Source: Chiloscyllium plagiosum
Taxonomy: Eukaryota
Direction: 5' to 3'
Length of the DNA: 64,000 nucleotides
Assembly: GCF_004010195.1 (NCBI RefSeq)
Contig: NC_057729.1
Span: 4,339,802 to 4,403,801, forward strand
Shown: in pieces, positions 1-13,179 of the stretch
Layout of the letters: the number at the start of each line of letters is the position of its first letter
Position numbering within the stretch: position 1 is the stretch's first letter
Translations under genes and position numbers: made by a program
Notes under the pieces: model-generated
Seen by the model: the letters and a program-made list of their open reading frames with translations, nothing else
What the model was told of the DNA's origin: nothing
Databases searched by the model: none

Positions 1-171
1 ATTAGGCAAAAACTTCCAAAAACTGATTGAGGACAGATGTTCGCAGGTAAAAGGACAGCTGGAAAATGGGAAGCCTTCAGATACGAGATAACGAGAATCC
101 AGAGAAAGTATATTCCTGTGAAAGGAAAGGCTGGTAGGTATAGGGAATGCTGGATGACTAAAGAAATTGAG

Positions 172-304
172 CCCTTTCCTGAAGAAGGACTCATGCCCGA
201 AACATCGATTCTCCTGCTCCTTGGATGCTGCCTGACCTGCTGCGCTTTTCCAGCAACACATTTTCAGCTCTGATCTCCAGCATCTGCAGTCCTCACTTTT
301 TTCT
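172..304 (+). mobile_element. Short Penelope-derived terminal-repeat insertion with degenerate hammerhead motif, inside the CR1
   Basis: 13-bp TSD TAAAGAAATTGAG at 159-171 and 305-317. Sequence cctgaagaaggactcatgcccgaaacatcg...cagcatctgcagtcctcacttt is shared with many copies in the window. Confidence 0.85.
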
Positions 305-2041
305 TAAAGAAATTGAGGGTTTGGTTAAGAAAAAGAAGGAAGTATATGTCAGGTATAGATAGGATCGATCGAGTGAATCCTTAGAAGAGTATAAAGGAAG
401 TAGGAGTATACTTAAGAGGGAAATCAGGAGGGCAAAAAAGGGACATGAGATAACTTTGGCAAATAGAATTAAGGAGAATCCAAAGGGTTTTTATAAATAC
501 ATTAAAGACAAAAGGGTAACTAGGGAGAGAATAGGGCCCCTCAAAGATCAGCAAGGCTGCCTTTGTGAGAACCCGCAGAAAAGGGGGAGATACTAAATGA
601 GTATTTTTCATCAGTATTTACTGTGGAAAAGGACGTGGAAGATACAGAATGTAGAAAAATAGATGGTGACATCTTGAAAAATGTTCAGATTACAGAGGAG
701 GAAGTCTTGAAATGCATAAAGGTGGATAAATCCCCAGAACCTGATCAGGTGTACCCTAGAACTCTGTGGAATGCTAGGGAAGTGATTGCTGGACTTCTTG
801 CGGAGATATTTGTATCATCGATAGTCACAGGTGAGGTGCCGGAAGACTGGAGGTTGGCTAACGTGGTGCCACTGTTTAAGAAGGGTGGTAAGGACAAGTC
901 AGGGAACTATAGACCAGTGAGCCTGAGGGACAGGATGTATATGTATTTGGAAAGGCAAGGACTGATTAGGGATAGTCAACATGGCTTTCTGTGTGGGTAA
1001 TCATGTCTCACAAACTTGATTGAGTTTTTTTGAAGAGGTAACAAAGAGGATTGATGAGGGCAGAGCGTTAGATGTGATTTATATCGACTTTAATAAGGCA
1101 TTCGACATGGTTCCCCATGAGAGACTGGTTAGCAAGGTTACTCACGGAATACAGGGAGAACTAGCCATTTGGATACAGAACTGGCTCAAAGGTAGAAGAC
1201 AGAGGGTGGTGGTGGAGGGTTGTTTTTCAGTCTGGAGGCCTATGACCAGTGTAGTGCCATAAGGATCGGTGCTGGGTCCACTACTTTTCGTCATTTACAA
1301 AAATGATTTGGATGTGAGCATAACAGGTATAGTTAGTAAATTTGCAGATGACACCAAAATTTTAGGTGTAGTAGACAGCAAAGAAGGTTACCTCAGATTA
1401 CAACAGGATCTTGATCAGATGGGCCAATGGGTTGAGAAGTGGCAGATGGAGTTTAATTCAGATAAATGAGAGGTGCTGCATTTTGGGAAAGCAAATCTTA
1501 GCAGGACTTATACACTTAATGGTAAGGTCCCAGGGTGTGCTGCTGAACAAAGAGACCTTGGAGTACAGGGTCACAGCTCCTTGGAAGTGGAGTCACAGGT
1601 AGATAGGATAGTGAAGAAGGCATTTGGTATGTTTTCCTTTATTGGTCAGAGTATTGAGTACAGGAGTTGGGAGGTATGTTGCAGCTGTACACGACATTGG
1701 TTAGGCCATTGTTTGAATATTGTGTGCAATTCTGGTCTCCTTCCTATCGGAAAGATGTTGTGAAACTTGAAAGGGTTCAGAAAAGATTTACCAGGATGTT
1801 GCCAGGGTTGGAGGATTTGAGCTATAGGGAGAGGCTGAACAGGCTGGGGCTGTTCTCCTTGGAGCGTCGGAGGCTGAGGGGTGACCTTATAGAGGTTTAC
1901 AAAATTATGAAGGGCATGGATAGGATAAATAGACAAAGTTTTTTCCCTGGGGTGGGGGGAGTCCAGAACTAGCGGGCATAGGTTTAGGGTGAGAGGGGAA
2001 AGATGTAAAAGAGATCTAAGGGGTAACTTTTTCATGCAGAG

Positions 2042-2118
2042 GGTGGTACGTGTATGGAATGAGCTGCCAGAGGAAGTGGTGGTACGTGTATGGAATGAGC
2101 TGCCAGAGGAAGTGGTGG
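2042..2118 (+). repeat. 36-bp tandem duplication within the CR1 3' end
   Basis: ggtggtacgtgtatggaatgagctgccagaggaagt occurs at 2042 and 2078 (VVRVWNELPEEV twice in the ORF track). Confidence 0.9.
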
Positions 2119-2299
2119 AGGCTGGTACTATGGCAACATTTAAAAGGCATTTGGATAGGTATATGAATAGGAAGGGTTTGCAGGGATATGGGCCGGGTGC
2201 TGGCTGGTTGGACTATATTGGGTTGGGATATCTGGTCGGCATGGACGGGTTGGACCGAAGGGTCCATTTCTGTGCTGTACACCTCTATGACTCTATGAA

Positions 2300-3030
2300 C
2301 TACCTCCAATGCCATTACATATTTCCTCAAATAAGGGGACCAAAATTGCAGAATACTCCAGGTGTGGTCTCACCAGTGCCTTGCAATGTTGCAAAAATCC
2401 TTCCTTACCTATATATTTTATTCCTTTAGCTATAAAAACAACATCCTCTTTGTTTTCTTTATTATTTGCTGTACCTGCCTGCTAGTTTTCTGTGACTCAT
2501 GAACAAGAACACCCCAATCCCTCTGCACCGGAGCACCCTGAAGTCTCTCCCCATTTAGATAATAGGTCACCTTCACATTTTTCCAACCAAAATGCATGAC
2601 CTCACACTTACCCACGTTAAACTTCATCTACCACATTTTGGCACACTCTCCGAACCTGTATATATCCATGTGTAAGGTTATTTCCTCATTGCAATTTACA
2701 AACGTGCCTATTTTATGTGTCATTGGCTGTCAGAGCAAACTTGGCTATAAAGCCTTCTATCCCTGTATCCAAGTTGTTAATGTAGATCGTAAATAGATGG
2801 GGCCCAAAGACCGAAGCCTATGGTATCCCACTAGTTACTTCTTGCCATCCAGAAAAAATAAACATTTATCCTGACTGTCTTCTGTCCATCAACCAGTCAC
2901 TGGTCCAAGCTCATAAATTACCCCTAATCTTATATGATCCAACATTGTGAATTTGTGTAGCACCTTATCAAATGCCTTCCAGAAGACCAGATATACTAAA
3001 TCTCAGGATCCGCATTATCCACTTTGCTTA
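2300..3030 (-). mobile_element. CR1 LINE fragment (decayed RT)
   Basis: Minus-strand ORF MKFNVGKCEVMHFG...QRDWGVLVHES. Confidence 0.85.
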
Positions 3031-3604
3031 AGTGCTCAATCATCGTTTTCAGCTCTGGTGAGAAGCTGGACAACATAATCTGTAAATAATGTGTGGCTCA
3101 GAGATCTAATGTGCAAATAACTACTAACTATATTTGAAATGGAAATTAAGGCTTAGCATGAAGGAATCCATTTATAACCCTTGAAATCAAAGCTTTATTG
3201 AAGAAACATTTATCAGGTTTTTCTCCTAAAATATAACTCGAACTAAATGTATTTGCAATTTCTTTAGATTATCTATAGTCTCCATAGTGTTTACACAATA
3301 ACAAATATTAATATAATACCTTCACGGTAATAAGATGTCCCAAATCTCACCAGAGGCATTATGAAACAAATGTCACATTGGAAGATATTAGGGAAAATGA
3401 CCAGATGTTTGAGAGGATTTAAAAGGAGGAAAATAAGGTAGAGAGGCATAGGAGGAAACTGAAAGCACAATAACCAAAGTGGAGCTATTAAAATTTAGAA
3501 TGCTCAAGGAGGTCAGAATGAGAACAATGCAGATATCTCATAGGATTATATGGCTGGAAAAGATTCAAAGTTAAGGAGGAGTGAGGCCAAAGAAGGATTT
3601 ATAG

Positions 3605-5197
3605 ACAGTAGACAATAGGTACAGGAGTAGGCCATTCTGCCCTTCGAGCCTGCACCACCATTCAATATGATCATGGCTGATCATCCTTAATCAGTATCCT
3701 GTTCTTTCCTTATCTCCATAACTCTCGATTCCACTATCCTTGAGAGCTCTAGCCAACTCTTTCTTAAATGAATCCAGAGACTGGGCCTCCACTGCCCTCT
3801 GGGGCAGAGTATTCCACACACCTACCACTCTCTGGGTGAAGAAGTTTCTCCTCATCTCTGTCCTAAAAGGTCTACCCCGTATTTTTAAGCTGTGTCCTCT
3901 GGTTCGGCACTCACCCATCAGCGGAAACATGTTTCCTGCCTCCAGAGTCTCCAATCCTTTAATAATCTTATATGTCTCAATCAGATCCCCTCTCAGTCTT
4001 CTAAACTCAAGGATATACATGCCCAGTCATTCCAGTCTTTCAGTGTAAGGTAATCCCGCCATTCCAGGAATTGACCTCGTGAACCTACGCTGCATTCCCT
4101 CAATAGCCAGACTGTCTTTCCTCAAATTTGGAGACCAGAACTGCACACAGTACTCCAGGTGTGGTCTCACCAGGGCCCAGTACAGCTGCAGAAGGACCTC
4201 TTTGCTTCTATACTCAATCCCTCTTGTTATGAAGGCCAGCATGCTATTAGCCTTCTTCACTACCTGCTGTACCTGCATGCTTACCTTCATTGACTAGTGT
4301 ACAAGAACACNNNNNNNNNNNNNNNNNNNNNNNNNNNNNNNNNNNNNNNNNNNNNNNNNNNNNNNNNNNNNNNNNNNNNNNNNNNNNNNNNNNNNNNNNN
4401 NNNNNNNNNNNNNNNNNNNNNNNNNNNNNNNNNNNNNNNNNNNNNNNNNNNNNNNNNNNNNNNNNNNNNNNNNNNNNNNNNNNNNNNNNNNNNNNNNNNN
4501 NNNNNNNNNNNNNNNNNNNNNNNNNNNNNNNNNNNNNNNNNNNNNNNNNNNNNNNNNNNNNNNNNNNNNNNNNNNNNNNNNNNNNNNNNNNNNNNNNNNN
4601 NNNNNNNNNNNNNNNNNNNNNNNNNNNNNNNNNNNNNNNNNNNNNNNNNNNNNNNNNNNNNNNNNNNNNNNNNNNNNNNNNNNNNNNNNNNNNNNNNNNN
4701 NNNNNNNNNNNNNNNNNNNNNNNNNNNNNNNNNNNNNNNNNNNNNNNNNNNNNNNNNNNNNNNNNNNNNNNNNNNNNNNNNNNNNNNNNNNNNNNNNNNN
4801 NNNNNNNNNNNNNNNNCTTATCAATCTTCAGACCTAACAGTCTCTCCAACACCAATTCCTGGCAAATATAAATTCCCTTAAGTTCTGGTCCTTCAGCCAC
4901 TGTTACCTCAGGGAGATTGCTTGTGTCTTCCCCAGTGAACACCGATCTGAAGTACCAATTCAATTCTTCTGCCATTTCTTTGTTCCCCGTAATATATTCC
5001 CCTGTTTCTGTCTTCAAGGGCCCAATTTTAGTCTTAACCATTTTTTTGCCTTTCACATACCTAAAAAAAGCTTTTCCTATCCTCCTTTATATTATTGGCC
5101 AGTTTACCTTCGTACCTGATTTTTTCTCTGCGTATTTCCTTCTTAGTAATCCTCTGTTGTTCTTTAAAAGCTTCCCAGTCCTCTGTTTTCCCACTTA
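3605..5197 (-). mobile_element. Relatively young CR1 LINE spanning the assembly gap
   Basis: Minus-strand ORFs [48 protein letters not shown] and RNFFTQRVVGVWN. Confidence 0.92.
4311..4816. other. Assembly gap (506 N)
   Basis: Run of N. Confidence 1.
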
Positions 5198-6269
5198 TAA
5201 TCGAGGATGGATTTTTTTTTTGTGAAAAAAAAAGAGGAAATGCTTAACAAAGAAGCAATGCTGTTCAGTAAGCTCAGGGATGATGGGCGAATGGTGATAG
5301 TTAGATATCTGCAATGGAATTTTCCGTGACCTCAAGTTTACCAGAATATGGGAGGCTGACCAGGATGAGGATTTCAACAGCAGATGAGCTAAGATAGGAA
5401 TGAAATTATTGAGGTGGAAATAGACAGCCTTAATGATGAAATAGGTGTGTGGTTGAATACTCATATATGGCCAAATCAATTAAACAGTCCTGTTCATTTG
5501 AAGGCAACAGGGACAGCTATGGGTATCACATCAAAGGAGCAGTTTATGGAAAGAACCAAAACCAATGATTTCAGTCTTTGCAGTATTTAATTGGGAAAAA
5601 ATTTCAAGCAAGCATTCTGATAATTTAGCTGCAGCCTAAGCTTGAAAGAGATTGAAATGGAGGAAAGATTGACAATATATGTACATGTGAAAGCTGATGT
5701 GTTTTTGGATGATGTCATGAGGCCAAGTATGTAAATGAATAATAGGAGAAACTGAAGGACAGATCAAGCAGATTTGTCTTGGTGATGACAGATTTGAAAG
5801 ACTGGACGTCAAGGGAGAAAACTGTAAACAATCTTAGCTAACATGGGTAAGGAAGAAGGTGCAACAGTTCAGTTGGAATTGTTCAAGAAGTTAGTCTCAT
5901 GGACAAGTTGAGCTTGGAGAGGCCATGATGGGAGACAGGAGAAAAACTGGGAAGGAAGCAAATTCAGGGCTTGAGAATAGGCTGCATATGTTGCAGTTTT
6001 TCCCAAAAGAGAAAAAAGTGGCAGAGGCAGGTAATCAAATGATCTCAATCTTAATGTTGAAAAATCCATAAATTTGTCACAGTCATTGCAGTTGAAAGCT
6101 AAGGAAACAGTTTACAGTAGAGAAAAGTAGCTGGGAGTTATCTATTAGCTCCAAGATTACCCTGGAGTAAGCAGCTTTCTGAAAACAGCAGAATGAGATA
6201 TCTGGTCCAGCTCAATCTAGTGGTAAATGACTCAACAAGGTTTCAGCCATAGTACTCATGCCTCAGACC

Positions 6270-6830
6270 ATAAGGTGCAGCAACCTACTGAGTCTGGTCC
6301 ACCATTTGATCATGGCTGATACGTTTCTCAACTCATTCTCCTGCTTTCTCTCTATAACTCTTGATCCCCTTACCAATCAAGAACTAATCTTAAATACACT
6401 CCATGATTTGGCCATCACAGCTTTTTGCAGCAATGAGTTCCACAGATTAATAAACCTTGACTGCAGAAATTCCTCCTCATTTCAGTTATAAAGAGTTGTC
6501 CCTTTAATCTGAGATTGTGGCCTCAAATTCTAGTCTGTTCTTACTAGTGGAAACATCTTCTCCACATCCACTCTATCCAGACTTCTCAGCATCCTCTAAG
6601 TTTCAGTGAGTTCCACCCTTCATCCTTCTAAACTCCATTAAGTTCAGAGCAGTGTCCTCAACCACACCTCATAATAACAAGCCCTTCATCCCTGGGATCA
6701 CTCTCAGAAACTTCCTCCGGACACTTCCGATGTCAGCACATGCTTCCTTAGCTAAGCGGCCCAAAACTGTTCACAATATTGCAAATATGGTCCGACTATG
6801 GCCTTATACAGCCTCAACAATGCATCTCTG
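6270..6830 (-). mobile_element. CR1 3' fragment
   Basis: Decayed version of the CR1 3' end at 3605-4200 (atcatggctgat, gagttccacagatt, cccaaaactgttcacaata). Confidence 0.75.
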
Positions 6831-7919
6831 CTCTTCTGGAAGTAGACAGACTTGCAACTACAATCACGAGCCCCTCATTTAGGGAAGAGTAGAAATTAAT
6901 CAAGGCTTTTCCTGTTATCCAATGCATTATGCTTTTCTGATGAGAAATATTTCTCAAAGTCCAGTTAATGGCCCTTTTAGCTGATACCTCCATTAGTGTA
7001 ATAACCTAGAGAAACGGTGCATCTTTGATTTGTCTTAATTATTTCTTTTGTGTATTTTCTATTGTATATTTTTAAATTTGTAATTAAAATGGCATCAGAG
7101 TATGGAAAATTAAACACTTTTCATTATTTCCCTAAATACAAGTAATAATAAATTAGTATATACTATACTAAATGCTAGCATTGCATTAGCCTTCCTAACT
7201 GCAAATTGAACCTGCATGATAACCTTCAGAGAATCTTGAACTTGGACTCCTAAGTCCCTTTGCACTTCAGATTAGGAAACAGAGATGAGAGCTGTGCCAA
7301 GCATGTGGCCAGGATTAGACAGAGTAATGATTTTAATGGGGCCAAGGGCACAAAAGCTAGAGATGAAGGGGGTGACTGAAGCATTACGGTGACCAGACAG
7401 GCAGAGGTAGATGTTCAGGGATTTAAGAGTTAATTTAATTGTGAGGATCCCTTTCCCCATGGCAAGATACACATAGGTTCTTTTTTCCTGTGATTCGTAC
7501 ACACTTGATGCAACTGCAGTATGCTAATTTCTGTGAACAACCGAAATTTATTAAGCACAGTACAATACAAGCTTTCTGGAAAAACCCTTTAATGCATTTC
7601 GCAAGGCTTGCGAAACCATGTCAAATGATCTCTCTGAACAAAAGAACAGTTCTTCCTTTATACAAAATCTTTACATCATAGTCAGTAATGCCCACAAGAC
7701 AACCCCACAGTTACATACCATTCAAGACACAATGCAGTGACATCATTTCCAGAAACAATATAACATAAATCATCCCTTAATGGTCAAATCTGTTGTGAAC
7801 CATTTTTCAAATGTAGCGAGTAGTCAAAATTCCAACTGAAGTTTTCTACTGGTTTCTGCATAGGGGATGATAATGTAAATTCACTCTGAATAACTTGGAA
7901 ATGGCCATGTAAATGGCTC

Positions 7920-8048
7920 ATTCCTGAAGAAGTGCTCATGCCTGAAATGTCAATTCTCCTGCTCCTTGGATGCTGCCTGACCTGCTGCACTTTTCCAGCA
8001 ACACATTTTCAGCTCTGATCCCCAGCATCTGCAGTCCTCACATTCTCC
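7920..8048 (+). mobile_element. Short Penelope-derived terminal-repeat insertion (degenerate hammerhead)
   Basis: 10-bp TSD TAAATGGCTC at 7910-7919 and 8049-8058; same family as 172-304. Confidence 0.85.
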
Positions 8049-8585
8049 TAAATGGCTCTGAATGGCAAGGGATGGCAATATAAATTCCTTACATTCTACC
8101 TGTAAGACAGAGACATCCCAGCCCAGCCTGAACATCCAATTTCCTGCAGGTCAGCAGAGCAAATTGAACCTTTAATATATCATTAGGCTAGATAGAACAG
8201 CAAAGGTATTTCGACCACATTATGACAGCTGGCTTTTGAAGTAATGAATAATAAGTGGTTCGTAGAGTTTACAGCACAAGCCATTACTCGGTCTATTACT
8301 CCAATAACTCCCAAGGCAGTTGGTACTCAATAGAGCAATGTCACGCTGGTGCAAGTCGAAGCTGCTGTCTGGAATTTGAAGACAACAATGCTCGGAGATT
8401 TCTGACCCTGCAGCTGACCCGGTCTATATCTATCCTGGGTAGGCTGACATTGAACACAAACACATTTGGAGACGGCCCTGTGCCCAGTAGGGACACTTGG
8501 TCCAGCAGTAAGCGCAGTATGGGCACGGGCATCAAGGGCCTAGGATCCAAATCAGCCTAACCCGAAACGCAATCCAGCAGTGTAC

Positions 8586-8669
8586 CTGCTGTTTATCGGC
8601 CAACAAACTCTCCGCCAGCTCTTCCACTTCAGTCAGGTACTTCATCAACAGCTCCGGCTTCCGCGCCAT
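8586..8669 (-). CDS. PDRG1: p53 and DNA damage-regulated protein 1, coding exon 1; later exons not located in this window
   Basis: Encodes MARKPELLMKYLTEVEELAESLLADKQQ, resembling the PDRG1 N-terminus (YLVEVEELAEEVLADKRQ, from memory). Start context AAGATGGCG, phase-0 GT donor at 8585-8584, CpG-rich setting. Confidence 0.85.
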
Positions 8670-8860
8670 CTTCAGCCTGAACCAACTTCCAACCGTCTCC
8701 GTCTGGGCTGTCAATCAACATCCCTCCTCCTGTTTCATTGGCCTGTTTTGCCCGGATATCCCAGTAGTGATTGGCGAATATGTTGCCAATCAACGGTATC
8801 CCCGCCTGCAGTTGTGACGATAACTCAACCGCGCAGCATCCTGGGAGTTGTAGTCCTTTC
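8670..8860 (-). promoter_or_regulatory. PDRG1 promoter: ZNF143/THAP11-type ACTACAnnTCCCAG motif plus CCAAT boxes
   Basis: GACTACAACTCCCAGGATGC on the minus strand at 8836-8855; ATTGG/CCAAT at about 8737, 8770 and 8786; elevated CpG. Confidence 0.75.
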
Positions 8861-9169
8861 TGGGCAGATGCCCTGACCATTCCTCCCAAATGATCCAGTC
8901 CAGCATTTATGTTCTACAGGAGCCGTCCTGTCTGTACTTTTCTCTCTTTCTACCCTATGTGTTTCTCTGGCTTCACCTTCGTCAAGGTTATAGGCGGAGG
9001 TGTGGGAAGTGGAGGAGAACTTCAACTACAATATATGGCGGCACGTTCCTCGTTTTAGCCACTCAATGGATGAAAGAGTTACTCCTGAAATCTTTGTTTT
9101 ATTTAAACACGAGAATACTGAAAAAACTGATTGTCTACGGAGATGGAAAGCGTTAACGCTTCAAGTCCG

Positions 9170-9620
9170 GTACTGGAGGGTTTGAATTATGAGAGGATGG
9201 ATATGCTGGGATTTTTTTTCCCCGTGGAGTATAAGGCTGGGGGGTGACCTTATAGAGGTTAATCAAATTGTGAGAGGCATAGGTTAGGTGAATAGCTAAG
9301 GACTTTTCTTCAAGGTAGGGGAGTCCAAAACTAGAGGTGTGGAAGGGTTAAAGGTGAGAGGCAAAAGATTTAAAAAGGACCTGAGGGACAACTTTTCCTC
9401 ACAAAAAAATAGTGCATTTATGGAAACAGCTGCCAGGGAAAGTGGTAGAGGTATGCAGAATTACAAAATTCAAAAATTATTTGGATGGTACATGGATAGG
9501 AAAGTTTTTTTCAGAGGAATATGGGCCAAATACATGCAAATTGGACTATTTCAGTTTAGGAAACCTGGTCAACATGGACGAATTGGGCCAAAGGATCTGT
9601 TTCTGTGCTGTATGACTACT
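9170..9620 (+). mobile_element. CR1 3' fragment
   Basis: aggctggggggtgaccttatagagg ... tctgtttctgtgctgtatgact, homologous to 1870-2298. Confidence 0.85.
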
Positions 9621-9984
9621 CTTATTCGATTATTTACATGCTGCTGCATAACATCCGAAAAGGTGTTATCTTATACTTATCAAGGTTCAGTATGGATTTC
9701 AAATAACTTTTCCAACTTTTCAAACTATACCTCTTGAAATAAAGCCTGATGTTTGAATTTCTTATTTTATTGCCTTGCTGACCCATGGCACAACTTTAGC
9801 AATTTGTGTATTTGTACCTTAAGTAACCTACCCAGACTGGCGCCTTCAAAGTCATAACTGATCTCCCAATTCATCCTACCAAGCATTGGTAGGAGTGCAT
9901 CTGAATTACGTGTGACTTTTTGGTCGCACTTAAGAAAAGTTATCATTATATTAGAAGCAATTCTGATAAAGTCCACTCAACTCA

Positions 9985-11040
9985 GACCTGGAATGAGGCT
10001 ATTATCATATGAGGAGAAGTTGAGCTGTGTAGGTAGCATCCATTGGACTTTAGAAGAATGGGAGGTAATAATATAGATATGTAAGATCCTAAGGGAATTT
10101 GACAGGGTGGATTCTGAAAATGTATTTCTGCTTGTCGAAGAGAACTAGGGGATATGGTTTCAAAACTAAGACAGAGGTGAATAGGACTTTTTTGAACTCT
10201 TGAGCATTGTGGGTATGTGAAAGTCATCCCTATAGTATGGTAGAGGCTGGATCATTTGAACATTTTTAAAGGTAAGGTGGAAACATTCTTCAGTAACAAA
10301 AGGGTCAAACAATTTTGGGAAGCAAAGAGGTAAGTGGAATTAGGGCAACAATCAGATCAGCCATGATCTTATAAAATATCAAACAGAGTTAAGGCCCTGT
10401 TCCTGACTAATTTGTATGTTCTTATTTATGCTCATATTGTATCACCTCACATTTATCTGTGCGGACCCTCATTTGCCAATTACATAATAATTCTGCAAGT
10501 TCGTATATTTCACTGCAGTCCCTCTTTATTTTAACTACACTGCCTAATTTGGTGTATATTACAAATGTAAGGTATTATTCTTTGCCCTTTCATTCTGCAG
10601 TGTAAAGAGACCACACCTTGAGTGCTTTGAGGAGAGAGTGATTTGGTACATATTGCTTATAATTTAGAAGAATGAGAAGTGATCTATTGAACATAATCCT
10701 AAAACTCAATTGAAATGCTAGTTGCTGGAATTATTTTACCCTAACTGGGTGAGTCTAGAGTAGTTTTAGAATAAGAGGTGGGAAATTTAAGACTGAGATT
10801 AGGAGAAGTGTATTCCTTCAATGGATTGTTAATCTTTGAAATCTTCACCTTAACAGCGCGCATGCTCAGTCCACGAAGAATCAAATCAGAGATCCATTGA
10901 TTACTGATTAGTCAAGAGATATTTGGAGAGCGTGGGGAGGTGGAACGTGGGCAAATAGTTCATCCATTTGATCGTAGTCAATGGCACAGTAGGTTCGTGA
11001 AGCTGATTTAATCTACTCCGGCTCCTATTTCTGAAATTCT
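9985..11040 (+). mobile_element. Two old CR1 3' fragments
   Basis: Decayed tttagaagaatgagaagtgatct and aatcagatcagccatgatctt motifs. Confidence 0.65.
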
Positions 11041-11067
11041 AGGTTTAGTTCATGATACTGTGAGGCA

Positions 11068-11110
11068 ACTACATCTCCCAGAGTGCACAAGGTTGGACAC
11101 TTTATAAAAT
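11068..11110 (+). promoter_or_regulatory. Beta-tubulin promoter elements: ZNF143/THAP11-type motif and TATA box
   Basis: ACTACATCTCCCAGAGTGCA at 11068-11087 and TATAAAA at 11103-11109, followed by CpG-richer sequence leading to the ATG at 11381. Confidence 0.65.
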
Positions 11111-11380
11111 CGGTGGCCGAAGGAGGCGCTTCGCTAATGTGAGCCGGGAGCTGTAGAGCAGTGTCTTAGCGGTAGTTGCAGAGCTCCATCCTAACGGCGA
11201 GCCCTCCGCAATATTGACACCCTTCTGCAGCAAACAAAAAAGCGAACTTTACAGCTGTCCGCAAGCGCACCATTCCCCGCAGCATATGTTAAGCGATCAA
11301 ACATCTGAGTTTTTCTTTTAATTGATCGTGGGGTATCTACCAAAAGAAACAAGAGTCCCCTAAAAAGAGCAGGAGCAACA

Positions 11381-11437
11381 ATGAGGGAAATTCTACACAT
11401 CCAGGCTGGACAATGCGGGAACCAGATCGGAGCCAAG
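11381..11437 (+). CDS. TUBB: Beta-tubulin (class II-like) exon 1
   Basis: MREILHIQAGQCGNQIGAK; canonical 57-nt exon with GTAAGA donor at 11438. Confidence 0.97.
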
Positions 11438-12809
11438 GTAAGAAATCCACCACTAACCACATTCAAATCATTTCTGTTCCTAAAAAAAAATGCAAATCAT
11501 TTCTGTCAATCGAAATGATCTTATAAAATGCTACTCAGCTATGTCCCATCAAGGAAATGAAACCACGCCCTTTCTACACTGCTTTAAACCGTTAGGATTT
11601 CATTCCATCTGACATAATCTGACAATTCGCATTGAGACTGCATCATATGGTGTATTTTCCAGCTGGTGCAGCTGTTTTTTTTCCTGGAGAAAAGGGATTC
11701 TGCTTAAATTGCTAGGTTTGTGTCTGCAAGTGGGGCTGTGTGAGGAGTAGGACATGCGCACAGGCTGCTGCTGACAGGCTTGCTCGCCTCGCTCTCTATT
11801 CCTTTGTCTACTCCACAATTCGACAGAGAAGCGGCCGGTTCTCATTCCCATCTCAATCAAAGCCTCTCACTCTGGGAACCAAGCCTTGGCTCAATTTGAA
11901 GCAAACACGGGGATCGATCTTGGGTTTTTTTTAAATCAAAGTTTGGTTTTCCAGGATACTCCCAAATTCCTGAGGTCATGCAAAGCTTTATTTCTCCCCC
12001 CCCCCCCCCGCATAAAGCAGGAGTTTCAAGGAAAAAAGGCTCAGCAGACCAATAATATTTTTTTACAAGTCAAATTGTTCCAGCGTTCATAAATGGTTTT
12101 TTTGTATGTTTGCAGCATAGTATAATAATTAGCTACCCGATGTCCCCTCCTCCCCCTTGAGCGGGTAGTTGCGTTTTATGGGGTAATCGGTTCCATTCTT
12201 CCTCCACCCGGGTTTGAGTCTGTTCTGCTTTGGATCTGTTCTACTGCTGAGTCTGCAATATGTGAGGAATCTCCTGCATTCTCCGGTAGCTGGTCCTTTC
12301 CCAGTCAGTCCCAGAAAGATGAAGTCTCTCGGGGTTACAAGAGGAAGCCGCTGGCTTTCCCCCGGGAAAGCTCCCATACAGACAGGAAACTGCGGGAGTG
12401 GGGTATCCAGCTGTCACATGCGAATGAAGGGTTCACTGATTCCCAATCGAATGTTATATTGAGTGCTGTACGCCTAGGGGTTTGTGTGAGTTGACAAGGA
12501 AAACACTCTTATCGTCTCCCTGCTGGTGGAGGGAATCATTCCATTGTACCCCATTCACTGTCGGCTCTATTCTGTCGATGTGCAGCTAAAAAGGGTGTGG
12601 TTTATATAGACCGTCACAAACCCCTCAACTTCAATGGCCTGCGCCCTTCACCATATCTGCCTGTAATTGTTCCAGACCGCATCGCATGCGTGCAGACACG
12701 TCCAAGAATAAGGTGAGTAATAATTATCTCATTCAGACTGGGCATTCATCATCAAGCTTTATCAATTAAAACGCTGCATATTCGACCAATAATTTTTCAC
12801 TTTTCGCAG

Positions 12810-13020
12810 AAGATCGGGGAGTTATTCCGGATGTTTTGACCAATATTTATCCCTCCATCAATTTCAGGGAAGCAGATTATCTAATAATTTCACATTACCT
12901 TTGTAGGAGCTTTCAGTGGACAACTCGATTGCACTGTTCCTACATAAGTGACCATACTTCAAAATCACTTCACTGGCACTCTTAAATGTGATTGTGAAAG
13001 AAGCTACACAAATGCGAGTA
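12810..13020 (+). mobile_element. Old Deu-domain SINE (SacSINE1/AmnSINE-like) fragment
   Basis: ccaatatttatccctc...cagattatct...cttcaaaatcacttcactggc...aaatgcgagt resembles the Deu-domain core, recognised from memory. Confidence 0.6.
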
Positions 13021-13070
13021 TTTTCCTTACATTTGTGAATGAACTTGTGCTTGTTAATCCATGTTCATAG

Positions 13071-13179
13071 TTTTGGGAGGTGATCAGCGACGAACATGGA
13101 ATTGATCCTTCGGGAAGTGCCCGTGGTGAAAGTGGTATACAGCTGGATAGGATCAACGTCTATTACAATGAAGCAGCCG
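13071..13179 (+). CDS. TUBB: Beta-tubulin exon 2
   Basis: [36 protein letters not shown]; canonical 109 nt with AG/GT boundaries. Confidence 0.97.

Larger units (their letters stand above)
1..2298 (+). mobile_element. CR1-type LINE, 3' part of ORF2 (reverse transcriptase), frameshifted, with CR1 3' tail
   Basis: ORF pieces carry CR1 RT motifs: VPEDWRLANVVPLFKKG, SQHGF, IDFNKAFD, LGPLLF, SKFADDTK, YCVQFWSP, RRLRGDLIEVYK. Ends in a ctctatgactctatga tail. Confidence 0.95.

Noticed and set aside
4247-5056. Long ORFs of 176-269 aa
   Set aside because: They are artefacts of reading through the N gap; the flanks are CR1.
5230-6230. Purine- or pyrimidine-skewed tracts (also about 14000-14390, 17290-17690, 19790-20460, 35990-36350)
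   Set aside because: Probably very old L2-type LINE debris; too decayed to call confidently.
2980-8580. Search for PDRG1 exon 2 (IVDLD..RN.NRE-like), including an acceptor-like site near 3080
   Set aside because: No matching translation found by eye; it probably lies left of the window.
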